Origin: Candidatus Heimdallarchaeota archaeon
Lineage (GTDB): Archaea > Asgardarchaeota > Heimdallarchaeia > Heimdallarchaeales > Heimdallarchaeaceae
Assembly (NCBI GenBank): GCA_030668875.1
Contig: DAOVER010000011.1
Location: forward strand, 30,001-62,000
Direction of reading: 5' to 3'
Length of the DNA: 32,000 bases
This document shows positions 9,304 to 17,573 of the stretch, one piece after another. The first letter of the stretch is position 1, and every line of letters starts with the position of its first letter. The notes under the pieces were generated by a model. The model was not told the DNA's origin, searched no databases, and was given only the letters and a program-made list of their open reading frames with translations. A program made the translations under genes and the position numbers.

Positions 9304-10323
9304 GTGATAAATATGTATGGAGATCAAAGACAAAAAATAAGGATTCAACCTCTGCCTGAGCATATGGCATTACAGGCATTAGATATTTATCATGTATATG
9401 GAATGGAACATCAGAACAAGGTTGTAGCTCTGAAAGGAGTTAGTTTTGATATTAAAAAAGGAGAGATATTAGGTATTATTGGTCCATCAGGAAGCGGTAA
9501 ATCAACTCTTTTACTATCTATGGGTGGAATGTTGAAACCAAGCGCTGGACAAATAATATTCAATGATGGTACGGACATCACTAAGTTACCTGAGGAGGAA
9601 CAATTCTCATTTAGACGACACAATATTGGCTATGTCTTTCAAGAGCAGAATCTAATTCCTTTCTTAACCGCTGAACAAAACATCGAGATGCCTATGAAAC
9701 TTATTGACATTCCAAGAGCCAAACGTAAAGTTAGAGTAAAAGAACTCATGGAAAGATTAGGTATCTGGCATAGACGAACACACACACCAACACGTGTCTC
9801 AGGTGGAGAAAGACAAAGGGTTGCAATAGCTAGAGCACTAGCAAATAACCCTCATCTTATACTGGCAGATGAACCAACTGGGTCTGTTGATTCAGATACT
9901 TCAACACAAATACTGAATCTTTTTCAGGAATTGAAGGATGAAACTGAAACCAGCTTTCTTATCTGCAGTCATGATCCAATTGTTGGTGAGTTTTCTGATA
10001 GAACTCTAGAAATCCGCGATGGTATAATTATTGGAGAACACGGTTTAGGTGTTGATTTATCGAATTTAGATAGTTCTAGATTATTAGTAATTGACAACCA
10101 AAACAGAATAACCTTACCCGAAAAAGCTTTAGTTAGATTAAAAGGTTCTTTGCTTTATACTTGGGAATTGAAAGATGAAGGCATCATGTTAAAACCTTTA
10201 GCTAAAAAGGATGAAAAACTTGAACGAAAAATCAAGTTTTGTACATCTTGCGGGGCTGAAATACAACCTGGAACATACAGTTGTACTAGATGTGGAGCAA
10301 AGTTAACTAGGATAGTGAGATAA
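9304..10323 (+). CDS. LolD-family ABC ATPase with C-terminal AbrB/SpoVT-like domain and Zn ribbon
   Basis: GPSGSGKST, VSGGERQRVAIARAL, ADEPTG, SHD. Then LLVIDNQNRITLP (AbrB-like) and FCTSCGAEIQPGTYSCTRCGAKL. The true start may be ATG 9313 (AGGTGA SD). Confidence 0.88.
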   Translation: MINMYGDQRQKIRIQPLPEHMALQALDIYHVYGMEHQNKVVALKGVSFDIKKGEILGIIGPSGSGKSTLLLSMGGMLKPSAGQIIFNDGTDITKLPEEEQFSFRRHNIGYVFQEQNLIPFLTAEQNIEMPMKLIDIPRAKRKVRVKELMERLGIWHRRTHTPTRVSGGERQRVAIARALANNPHLILADEPTGSVDSDTSTQILNLFQELKDETETSFLICSHDPIVGEFSDRTLEIRDGIIIGEHGLGVDLSNLDSSRLLVIDNQNRITLPEKALVRLKGSLLYTWELKDEGIMLKPLAKKDEKLERKIKFCTSCGAEIQPGTYSCTRCGAKLTRIVR

Positions 10324-10363
10324 ATCTCTCTAATCCCTAATCTTTTTTAATCAAAACATTTCT

Positions 10364-10975
10364 ATGATTTTGATGAATATTTATCTGGTTAGACATGGAG
10401 AAACTGATTACAATAAAGAACGCTTGCTAATGGGACAGCTAGATATCCCTTTGAATGAACTGGGTATATCTCAATCTGAAAAAGTTAGTAGGGTCTTAGA
10501 AAACAAAAATATATCGAAAATTTATTCTTCTGATCTCCAGCGAGCTTCAAAAACAGCTGAAATCATTAAAAATACACAAAGCATTCCATTAGAGTTAATT
10601 CCAAATTTCAGAGAGCACACTCTTGGGAAAATGGACGGGATAAAATGGTCACAAGAATGGGATGAAATTGAAAAGAATGAATTTGAGGAGATAATATTAA
10701 TGGAAAACGGGGAGTCATTTGCTCATTTTGAAAATAGAATTTGGGATACATTCGTCAAAATTACAGAGAACCACTCAATTGATGAAAATTTGTTAATTAT
10801 CACACATGGTGGATGTATTAGGATGATAGTCATGAAAATTCTTCGTGCAACTGAAGACATTTTTAGCAACTTAAGTATTGATAACTGTAGTATAACACAA
10901 ATAATTTATCTTCCACAACGAAAAATACACAAATACCGTATTATTAGCATCAACTCAAATTGTTATATGGAATAA
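10364..10975 (+). CDS. Histidine phosphatase (phosphoglycerate mutase-like) family protein
   Basis: LVRHGETDYN, SSDLQRASKTA, FREHTLG, LIITHGGCIR. Confidence 0.92.
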   Translation: MILMNIYLVRHGETDYNKERLLMGQLDIPLNELGISQSEKVSRVLENKNISKIYSSDLQRASKTAEIIKNTQSIPLELIPNFREHTLGKMDGIKWSQEWDEIEKNEFEEIILMENGESFAHFENRIWDTFVKITENHSIDENLLIITHGGCIRMIVMKILRATEDIFSNLSIDNCSITQIIYLPQRKIHKYRIISINSNCYME

Positions 10976-11026
10976 ATATTAATCACAAGCCCAAAATTAA
11001 TAAACAAAAAGCATAATTTTATCTCA

Positions 11027-12820
11027 ATGAGTGATAATATTATTCCTCCTATTGGAAAAGGTCCTTCTCGAAAGGAAAAAACTAAACTTCAAGAAATCAG
11101 AACTAAAGCTGATGCTGAAGAAGAGAATTTTTATGCTCTTGAAGTTGAAGATTTCGAGAAAGTAGAATATAGACCTTATGATACAGAAGAAGAAAAGAAG
11201 GACGATTTACCAAAAATTGATTTCTTTGTAGATAAAATTTACATGCAAAAGATAGTAAATGACCCTTCAAAGGTTCTAATAACAGCATACATAGATTATG
11301 GTTTTCTTAAACCAAACAAGGTCAATCTATTAGTTGATGTTGATAAGAAACATCCATTCAAAAGCAAAGCAAAAGGAAGTTGTATGATTCATCTCTTTAA
11401 TGATGATTTATGCGAAATTGCTGAAATTCCAATGAAGCATTCATCTGAATTCAAATATCATCCTATAGCTTCAGCACCTGAGTTATTCTTAGGATTGATT
11501 GAAAACTTAGAGGAAAAAAAGAGCTACTATTATAGAATTGAATGTTTTGATGAAAATCAGAAAATTATTGGTGCTTCCCGAATAAAGCAATTCAACGCTA
11601 GTGTTCGTAATGTAAAAAGCCCCACTTTCTATGTTTCTGTTTCAGATATCCACGCGGGGAACAAAGCAAAATTCAGGAGAGGTAGAGTACGAGGATGTAA
11701 GCCTAGAACTACTGAAAAACTTGACATACTGATGAGTCACATACACCTAAACGAACTGGATTATACATTCAATAAAGGGTATCAAGCTTTTACAACCAGT
11801 GGAGATAATGTAGAAAATGGTTCTTATCATGAATATTGGGCTGATCTTTTTGCATGTGGGAGTGATAATTTAGCAAGAATACCTTTTTTGCCGACAATTG
11901 GTAACCACGATTATTTTTTTGGCGGAATTGGCAGAGGATCTTGGTTTGGTACCAAAACACCTACCCAAAAGAATTTTCATATGTTTGTTCAAACACCCAA
12001 AAAGCAAGGCGGAGCTTACTATTCTCATGTAGAAGGGAATGTTCTAATGATACATTTAGATTCCATTGGATTGAATTGGGGAAATGAACGAATTGATTGT
12101 GAGAGTAGACAATGGAAATGGTTGTACAGTGTTCTTAAAGAATGGAGAGACAAGAGAGCAAAGGGTAAAGGACCACAATTTTGTATTGTTTATCTTCATT
12201 CTGCAATTCTTTCATTAGGTATGTATGGAATAACAAAAAATAACTCTGATGACTTTGCTCAAAAAACACTAATGCCTCTTTTTGATGCTTTTGGAGTAAA
12301 TGCTGCCGTATTTGGTCATGACCATGTATACCAACGTTCTCAACACAAAAAAACCTCCTACATCTGTATAGGGGTTTCTAGTAAAGGTACTAGAAATTTA
12401 TTTGATAGTGAAATTGCGGATGCAGGATACAAAATAGAAAGTTGGAATGAAGGAGATAAATCTAGAGGATATGCGGTTACTTATGTTCCTCCAAATATGA
12501 ACTTGATGTCAAGTAGTGAAAAACAAGAATTCGAACAATGGTTAGGGAGAATTAAACAAACTATTCTTGACGGAGATTTAGCAAAATATTACCTTTTTGA
12601 GCAAGGTAGAGAATCACCTAAATACAAGGAACTTATGTCTAATAGCATAAAGAAGCTCGAATTCATTCAAAAAGAAATCATTGAGAAGATGAAAAACCAG
12701 ATGTGGTTTAGATTCTATAATGTGAAAGGTGTTCTAAACGATCAAACATTTTTAAGTCCCATTACTTTAGCTAAAGAAGTTACAGAACCACCAAAATGTC
12801 CTAATGAAATTGTTAGATAA
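11027..12820 (+). CDS. Calcineurin-like metallophosphoesterase with purple-acid-phosphatase-like N-terminal domain
   Basis: SDIH, GDNV, GNHDY, VYLH, FGHDHVYQRS; upstream LEEKKSYYYRI (FN3-like PAP N-domain pattern). No signal peptide. Confidence 0.85.
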   Translation: MSDNIIPPIGKGPSRKEKTKLQEIRTKADAEEENFYALEVEDFEKVEYRPYDTEEEKKDDLPKIDFFVDKIYMQKIVNDPSKVLITAYIDYGFLKPNKVNLLVDVDKKHPFKSKAKGSCMIHLFNDDLCEIAEIPMKHSSEFKYHPIASAPELFLGLIENLEEKKSYYYRIECFDENQKIIGASRIKQFNASVRNVKSPTFYVSVSDIHAGNKAKFRRGRVRGCKPRTTEKLDILMSHIHLNELDYTFNKGYQAFTTSGDNVENGSYHEYWADLFACGSDNLARIPFLPTIGNHDYFFGGIGRGSWFGTKTPTQKNFHMFVQTPKKQGGAYYSHVEGNVLMIHLDSIGLNWGNERIDCESRQWKWLYSVLKEWRDKRAKGKGPQFCIVYLHSAILSLGMYGITKNNSDDFAQKTLMPLFDAFGVNAAVFGHDHVYQRSQHKKTSYICIGVSSKGTRNLFDSEIADAGYKIESWNEGDKSRGYAVTYVPPNMNLMSSSEKQEFEQWLGRIKQTILDGDLAKYYLFEQGRESPKYKELMSNSIKKLEFIQKEIIEKMKNQMWFRFYNVKGVLNDQTFLSPITLAKEVTEPPKCPNEIVR

Positions 12821-12894
12821 CTAACTTTTTCTTCTTAATTTTATTTTTTCTAAAAAATTATTAATAAAAGAAGAAAAGAAAAAAGAGAGTGGGA
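12821..12894. terminator. Bidirectional T-tract terminator region between convergent genes
   Basis: T-rich on + (ctaactttttcttcttaattttattttttc) and A-rich on +, i.e. T-rich on - (aaaagaagaaaagaaaaaagagag). Confidence 0.55.
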
Positions 12895-14280
12895 TTATTT
12901 TGCTGGTTTTAAAGATGCACCACATTTGATACAGAAGAGGGAATCAGGAGGGTTGTCACCGTCACAGAAGGGGCATTTGATTTCATTAGAAGAAACAACT
13001 TTGACCCCCTGTTTCTCCTCTGTTTTGTCTACTTCAGCTACTAACTGTTGATGAATAGTTTCAGCAGCTGGGGAAAGTTTTTCTTTCTTGGAGGGGTCAA
13101 CTTTGGTGATATCGAAGAGAATACCGTTTTCAACATCAAAACCAATTTGAGCAATTCCAAGTTTAAGAATTTTCCATGTGTTCATCTTTAGTAAGTCTGA
13201 AGAAGTGTTAAGTATTCTAGCAGCATCACGAATGTAGATTGCTTGATAGCTTTCTACTACTCGAATCAGTTTTTCTGTTGTATTTTTGTTAGCAAAGAAT
13301 ACTATTGATGCTATACCTAGTAAGATAACAGGCATGACTACTATAAGGAACCAGGAATTGGTTACTATACCTAGAACGAAGAAGAAGATAGCTATCAGCC
13401 CTAATACTCGTTCTGGAATGCTTGTGTAATCCCAATATCTATTGATCTTATTGAGAATGTCGCTTTTATTATCATATCTCTTAGTTTGACCTGCAACAAT
13501 ATAGTTGCCAATTGCATTTGCAGCTGGAACTTTAGCCCTTGGTGCAGAGATTCGAGTAGGTGTAACAGTTTTTGTTACGGCAGCAGTTGTGGCTTTGGTG
13601 GTAGTCTTTGTACCTGAGGAAGCTGGTTGAACAGCTGTAATATATTGATAATCATATCTATCTTTCTTCCTCTCATAGCTATTGAGTTTCCTTGAACTAG
13701 AACCGTTTGAAGGATATCTACCTGCACCAGTGATGGGCCAAATTATTAGATATTTGATGAAATAACCTATTGTATTGAGAACCAGTATCACTATAAAGAA
13801 TGCGAATATGACCGCTAAAATACTCCCAGCAATAAATAATCCTATTTTTGCAGAAGCATAGTGAGATGTGTAATATAATTCTGAAGCACCATTATTAACG
13901 ATGTAAATATAATGATCACCATCACTGTCTAGCATTCTATACATATCATCACTAGTAGAACTAAATTGGATATTAGTTGGAGGAATGCTATCATTTGTAT
14001 TATGCCAAATACTGTTCTCAACATCAGTCATTAAGTATACTTTGAAATTCGAAGTGTCGCCTGATATCCAATAAACAAGAAATATCCTTGTGTCGTAATC
14101 TGCATCTAACATCAGAATTGCATCAGAACCTGCAGAAACAGTAATATCTTGGTCGGAATATGTTCCACCAGTTGTAATCGCTATACTAGTTAAAACCCCT
14201 AATGGAATTCCTGTTAATATTACAAAGATTATTGAGGTTATTGCCAGTCCATTAAGATATCTTACGCCTTTACTTGCCAT
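12895..14280 (-). CDS. Four-TM membrane protein with extracellular beta domain, PCI/winged-helix-like domain and C-terminal Zn ribbon
   Basis: Four hydrophobic segments; T/A/P-rich low-complexity linker; IYIRDAARILNTSSDLLKMNTWKILKLGIAQIGFDVENG; KCPFCDGDNPPDSLFCIKCGASL. AGGTGA SD precedes ATG 14280. Confidence 0.7.
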   Translation of the reverse strand: MASKGVRYLNGLAITSIIFVILTGIPLGVLTSIAITTGGTYSDQDITVSAGSDAILMLDADYDTRIFLVYWISGDTSNFKVYLMTDVENSIWHNTNDSIPPTNIQFSSTSDDMYRMLDSDGDHYIYIVNNGASELYYTSHYASAKIGLFIAGSILAVIFAFFIVILVLNTIGYFIKYLIIWPITGAGRYPSNGSSSRKLNSYERKKDRYDYQYITAVQPASSGTKTTTKATTAAVTKTVTPTRISAPRAKVPAANAIGNYIVAGQTKRYDNKSDILNKINRYWDYTSIPERVLGLIAIFFFVLGIVTNSWFLIVVMPVILLGIASIVFFANKNTTEKLIRVVESYQAIYIRDAARILNTSSDLLKMNTWKILKLGIAQIGFDVENGILFDITKVDPSKKEKLSPAAETIHQQLVAEVDKTEEKQGVKVVSSNEIKCPFCDGDNPPDSLFCIKCGASLKPAK

Positions 14281-14299
14281 ATTTTTCACCTATTTGTTA

Positions 14300-14315
14300 T
14301 ACCACCACAGTGGTA
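14300..14315. promoter_or_regulatory. Palindromic operator candidate 1 (TACCAC-N4-GTGGTA)
   Basis: Perfect 6-bp arms: taccac-caca-gtggta. Confidence 0.65.
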
Positions 14316-14326
14316 ACTTGTCTATT

Positions 14327-14342
14327 TACTACTGGAGTGGTA
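14327..14342. promoter_or_regulatory. Palindromic operator candidate 2 (TACTAC-N4-GTGGTA)
   Basis: tactac-tgga-gtggta, 5/6 arm match, same spacing as site 1, 27 bp downstream of it. Confidence 0.6.
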
Positions 14343-14345
14343 ACC

Positions 14346-14353
14346 TTTATAAA
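14346..14353 (+). promoter_or_regulatory. TATA box of the TrmB-family gene (probably leaderless transcript)
   Basis: tttataaa ends 27 bp before ATG 14380. Confidence 0.6.
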
Positions 14354-14379
14354 TGTTGCCTTTCACTATAATATTGACG

Positions 14380-15366
14380 ATGAGTAAGACTCCACATATC
14401 CTCGATAAGCTAAAGTTGATAGGATTTACAGAATATACATCAAGAGCATATTTAGCATTAGTAAAACTTGGTGAAGCAACTGCCCCAGATATTGCTAGGG
14501 AATCTAATATACCTCAATCAAAAATCTATGGAGTTCTAGATGACTTGTATGATAAAGGATTTGTAGGAAAGGCAGGAGAGAAAGATAAGAAGAAAGATCA
14601 AAGTAAGAAAAAAACTACCTCACCTACAATTTACTTTGCACATCAACCACAGGAAAAGCTGTCATCATGGTTAGATCAATTCAAAGATTTAGCTAAATCA
14701 CTGGAAAAAATATATGATTCAGCTGGTCCTAGCTCTGAGTATGGGTATTCTTCTATTGGTAATTATACTATTAAGGGTGAATCAGATAAATTTGAAGCTG
14801 GTGACTTCATCTATATTTTTGAGCAACCAGGTGACGAAGATACTAATCTGTATGCTAGATTCTTCAAAGGACGAATAAATAATCATATTATCGTAGGTGG
14901 AGAAGATAATATTGTGTTAGGTATAACCAATAGAAACACTATCCTTCTAATTGAAAAAGAATCAAGAGTACAATATTTAGCAATTGAAGAACCAATATTC
15001 TCAAGTATAATTGATGTTCTTTTCGCAATTACACCAATTAATAGATCTATTACACAGGATATGTCTGAATTATCCAAAGAAGAGAAGATTTTATACATAG
15101 ACAATGTTCCTTCTGCTTCTGGAGTGGCATATGGTAATGATGGTATTTTATGGATAACTGAGGAAAGATTCTTTGTTCAAATGCCAGGAAAGCAGATTTA
15201 TGCTAGACCTATATTTACTATAGATTCCTACTATGTAAATGAAAATAATATATTAACTATAATAATTAAAAGCAAAGATGGAATTGCAGAAGAAAATGAA
15301 TTTAACACATCGTCAGATCCTTCCATTATTGTTAACGTAATTGACTTTATTAAGCGTTGTAAATAA
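14380..15366 (+). CDS. TrmB-family transcriptional regulator with atypical C-terminal (PH/GRAM-like) domain
   Basis: LKLIGFTEYTSRAYLALVKLGEATAPDIARESNIPQSKIYGVLDDLYDKGFV is a TrmB HTH. The C-terminal EEKILY...GILWITEERFF...PIFTI pattern resembles PH-like folds. ATG 14380 is preferred because of TATA spacing. Confidence 0.85.
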   Translation: MSKTPHILDKLKLIGFTEYTSRAYLALVKLGEATAPDIARESNIPQSKIYGVLDDLYDKGFVGKAGEKDKKKDQSKKKTTSPTIYFAHQPQEKLSSWLDQFKDLAKSLEKIYDSAGPSSEYGYSSIGNYTIKGESDKFEAGDFIYIFEQPGDEDTNLYARFFKGRINNHIIVGGEDNIVLGITNRNTILLIEKESRVQYLAIEEPIFSSIIDVLFAITPINRSITQDMSELSKEEKILYIDNVPSASGVAYGNDGILWITEERFFVQMPGKQIYARPIFTIDSYYVNENNILTIIIKSKDGIAEENEFNTSSDPSIIVNVIDFIKRCK

Positions 15367-15382
15367 GGGGGACAAGTGAAAA

Positions 15383-16273
15383 CTATTTTTCACCCCAAAT
15401 TTTTACTTTTGGTTCCGGTCTAGGAACATATCGTTTGAATTTATTCTTTGGATAGCCAATAGCTAAACAAGCGTATAACCCATGAGTATTTGGAAGATTT
15501 AACATATCTTTAATCTTCTTGGAACGTTTCCAACTATGAACTAAATAGCCTATAAACGTTCCCCCTAAGCCTAAACTTGGAGCTCCAAGCAATATATTCT
15601 GAGCAGCAATGTTACAATCTTCTACAGGGGCTGCAGTTTTCTTTGTAACATGAATTAGAATTAAAGTTGACGCATTATGAAAAACTTTGTCAATCCCTTT
15701 ATCACAATGATTAACATGACTATTAATTCTATACATGTTCTTTTTAGCCTGATTAAATGATTTTCTTTTACCAGCAAGTACTGCTAGAATAGTCCATAAA
15801 GGGTTACTAACTTTCTTTTGTAATTCCTTAAAGAACAAAATCATTTCATTTAATATGTCTTCAATTTGTTCTCGTTCTTTAACAATAGTATAAGCTACTT
15901 TGCGAGCATTATGACCAGTAGGTGCAAATCTACCTAAATTTATTAATTGTCTAATCTGTTCATCAGAAACCTTCTTTTCAGTGAAATATCTTATTGATCT
16001 CCTCTGTCTAATTATGGTTAAAGTATTTTGATAATTCAATCCCTTTTCAACTGTTGGAAAATCAACCTCGAGTGATGTTGTGATGAGTCTTTTATGATTT
16101 ATTGCATCAACAGGACATACTGCTACACAATGACCACAATCATGGCAAGGATCAAAATTAATTATAACAGCTTTGTTATCTTTTAGTGAGAAAAGATAAC
16201 GTGGACAAACTTCTACACAACTATTACACCCAATACAAGTATCCAAAACTTCGATGAAAGCTTTAGTTGACAT
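15383..16273 (-). CDS. Nitroreductase-family flavoprotein with N-terminal 2x[4Fe-4S] ferredoxin domain
   Basis: CIGCNSCVEVCP and CHDCGHCVAVCP; RQRRSIRYF, FAPTGHN, LGLGGTFIG, LAIGYP. Confidence 0.93.
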   Translation of the reverse strand: MSTKAFIEVLDTCIGCNSCVEVCPRYLFSLKDNKAVIINFDPCHDCGHCVAVCPVDAINHKRLITTSLEVDFPTVEKGLNYQNTLTIIRQRRSIRYFTEKKVSDEQIRQLINLGRFAPTGHNARKVAYTIVKEREQIEDILNEMILFFKELQKKVSNPLWTILAVLAGKRKSFNQAKKNMYRINSHVNHCDKGIDKVFHNASTLILIHVTKKTAAPVEDCNIAAQNILLGAPSLGLGGTFIGYLVHSWKRSKKIKDMLNLPNTHGLYACLAIGYPKNKFKRYVPRPEPKVKIWGEK

Positions 16274-16316
16274 TAGAGAAGTTAATTGCTAGTACTAAAA
16301 AAAGATTGTCTGTCAT

Positions 16317-17333
16317 TTAAATTAACTTGGATATAGTTTCTACTTTAGATAATGGTACTGGAATGGGATCAGGATACATCATATCTTGGAATATCTTCTC
16401 TTGATTCATAAGAGGGGTATACCCCAAACCTTTCAATTTATCCACATTCATCTTGCATTCTTTCCCAATAATTTGTGCATACTCTCTATTAAAGACTGGA
16501 TCCTTTCTTGGAGTGAGGATATGTGTAAACATCTCAAGCACCCATGCACCAAAGTATACAAGTGGATAAGGTAGGTAATATTTGAATCTGTTTTTTCCTT
16601 TCAAATGCATCTCAATATCCATTATCAAATCCTTCAAAGAAATATCACAAGATGTAGCATTAAATGACTCAATTATTGATCTATTTGCAATGAGTATTGA
16701 TTCAAGAGCTCTTCCAATATCGTATGGGTGTATAATAGAAAAATTATGATTAGGGTTCCCCATAATTGGAAAAATATTTGCATTAACAAGTTTTCTAACT
16801 ATTGGATAGAAATGTCTATCATCTTTACCAAGAACAACAGGTAAACGAACAATTCCTCCTTTCATTCCAACTTCTTCTGATAGTGTCTTAACGTTTTTTT
16901 CAGCTTCAACCTTTGATTGTGCATAATTTCCAAGTGGCTTAACGTTGTGTTCTTCACATATCGGTGTTTCTTCTATTTTTCCGTATACTGCAATTGAACT
17001 AGTAAAAAGAAACGATTTAACATCTGATTCTATAGCAGCTTCAAGAACGTTTTTAGTCCCTTCAACATTGATTTTATGAAATAATTCTTTCTTTGTATGA
17101 GGATGAACTGCTCCAGCTAAGTGCCAAACTGAGTCAAACTGACCTTCTTTGAACTCTTTAGCAAGTACATCCTTGTTTGTTATATCTCCCTTGATGTACC
17201 CAACATCAGAAAAATGGTCCACAGGTATTTCCCTTACTAAACCTGTTAAATCAGAATAACCTTGACTAAGAAGATAATGTAAAACTCCTTGACCAGAACA
17301 TCCTGTTGCTCCAGTCACTAATATCTTAGTCAT
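16317..17333 (-). CDS. NAD-dependent epimerase/dehydratase (extended SDR)
   Basis: ILVTGATGCSG, HLAG, NVEGTKNVL, TSSIAVYG, YAQSK. Confidence 0.92.
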   Translation of the reverse strand: MTKILVTGATGCSGQGVLHYLLSQGYSDLTGLVREIPVDHFSDVGYIKGDITNKDVLAKEFKEGQFDSVWHLAGAVHPHTKKELFHKINVEGTKNVLEAAIESDVKSFLFTSSIAVYGKIEETPICEEHNVKPLGNYAQSKVEAEKNVKTLSEEVGMKGGIVRLPVVLGKDDRHFYPIVRKLVNANIFPIMGNPNHNFSIIHPYDIGRALESILIANRSIIESFNATSCDISLKDLIMDIEMHLKGKNRFKYYLPYPLVYFGAWVLEMFTHILTPRKDPVFNREYAQIIGKECKMNVDKLKGLGYTPLMNQEKIFQDMMYPDPIPVPLSKVETISKLI

Positions 17334-17573
17334 ATTGATTTAAATGAAATTAGCTCATTCAAAAATATTATCCTTCATACTGACACTTAAAGAGAATCAA
17401 GTTATTCTCCAATATGTAAGAGGTGTATCCTAATGAATAGATTATAACTATAAGCTAATTGAGATTCAAATAAGCATTTTATTATTTATATAACCATGGT
17501 CAGACAGTTAGCTTTTAAACATTTGTCCAAACATTCTCCAAGAATTTAGCTCATATTAAAGGTGTAAACTTAA

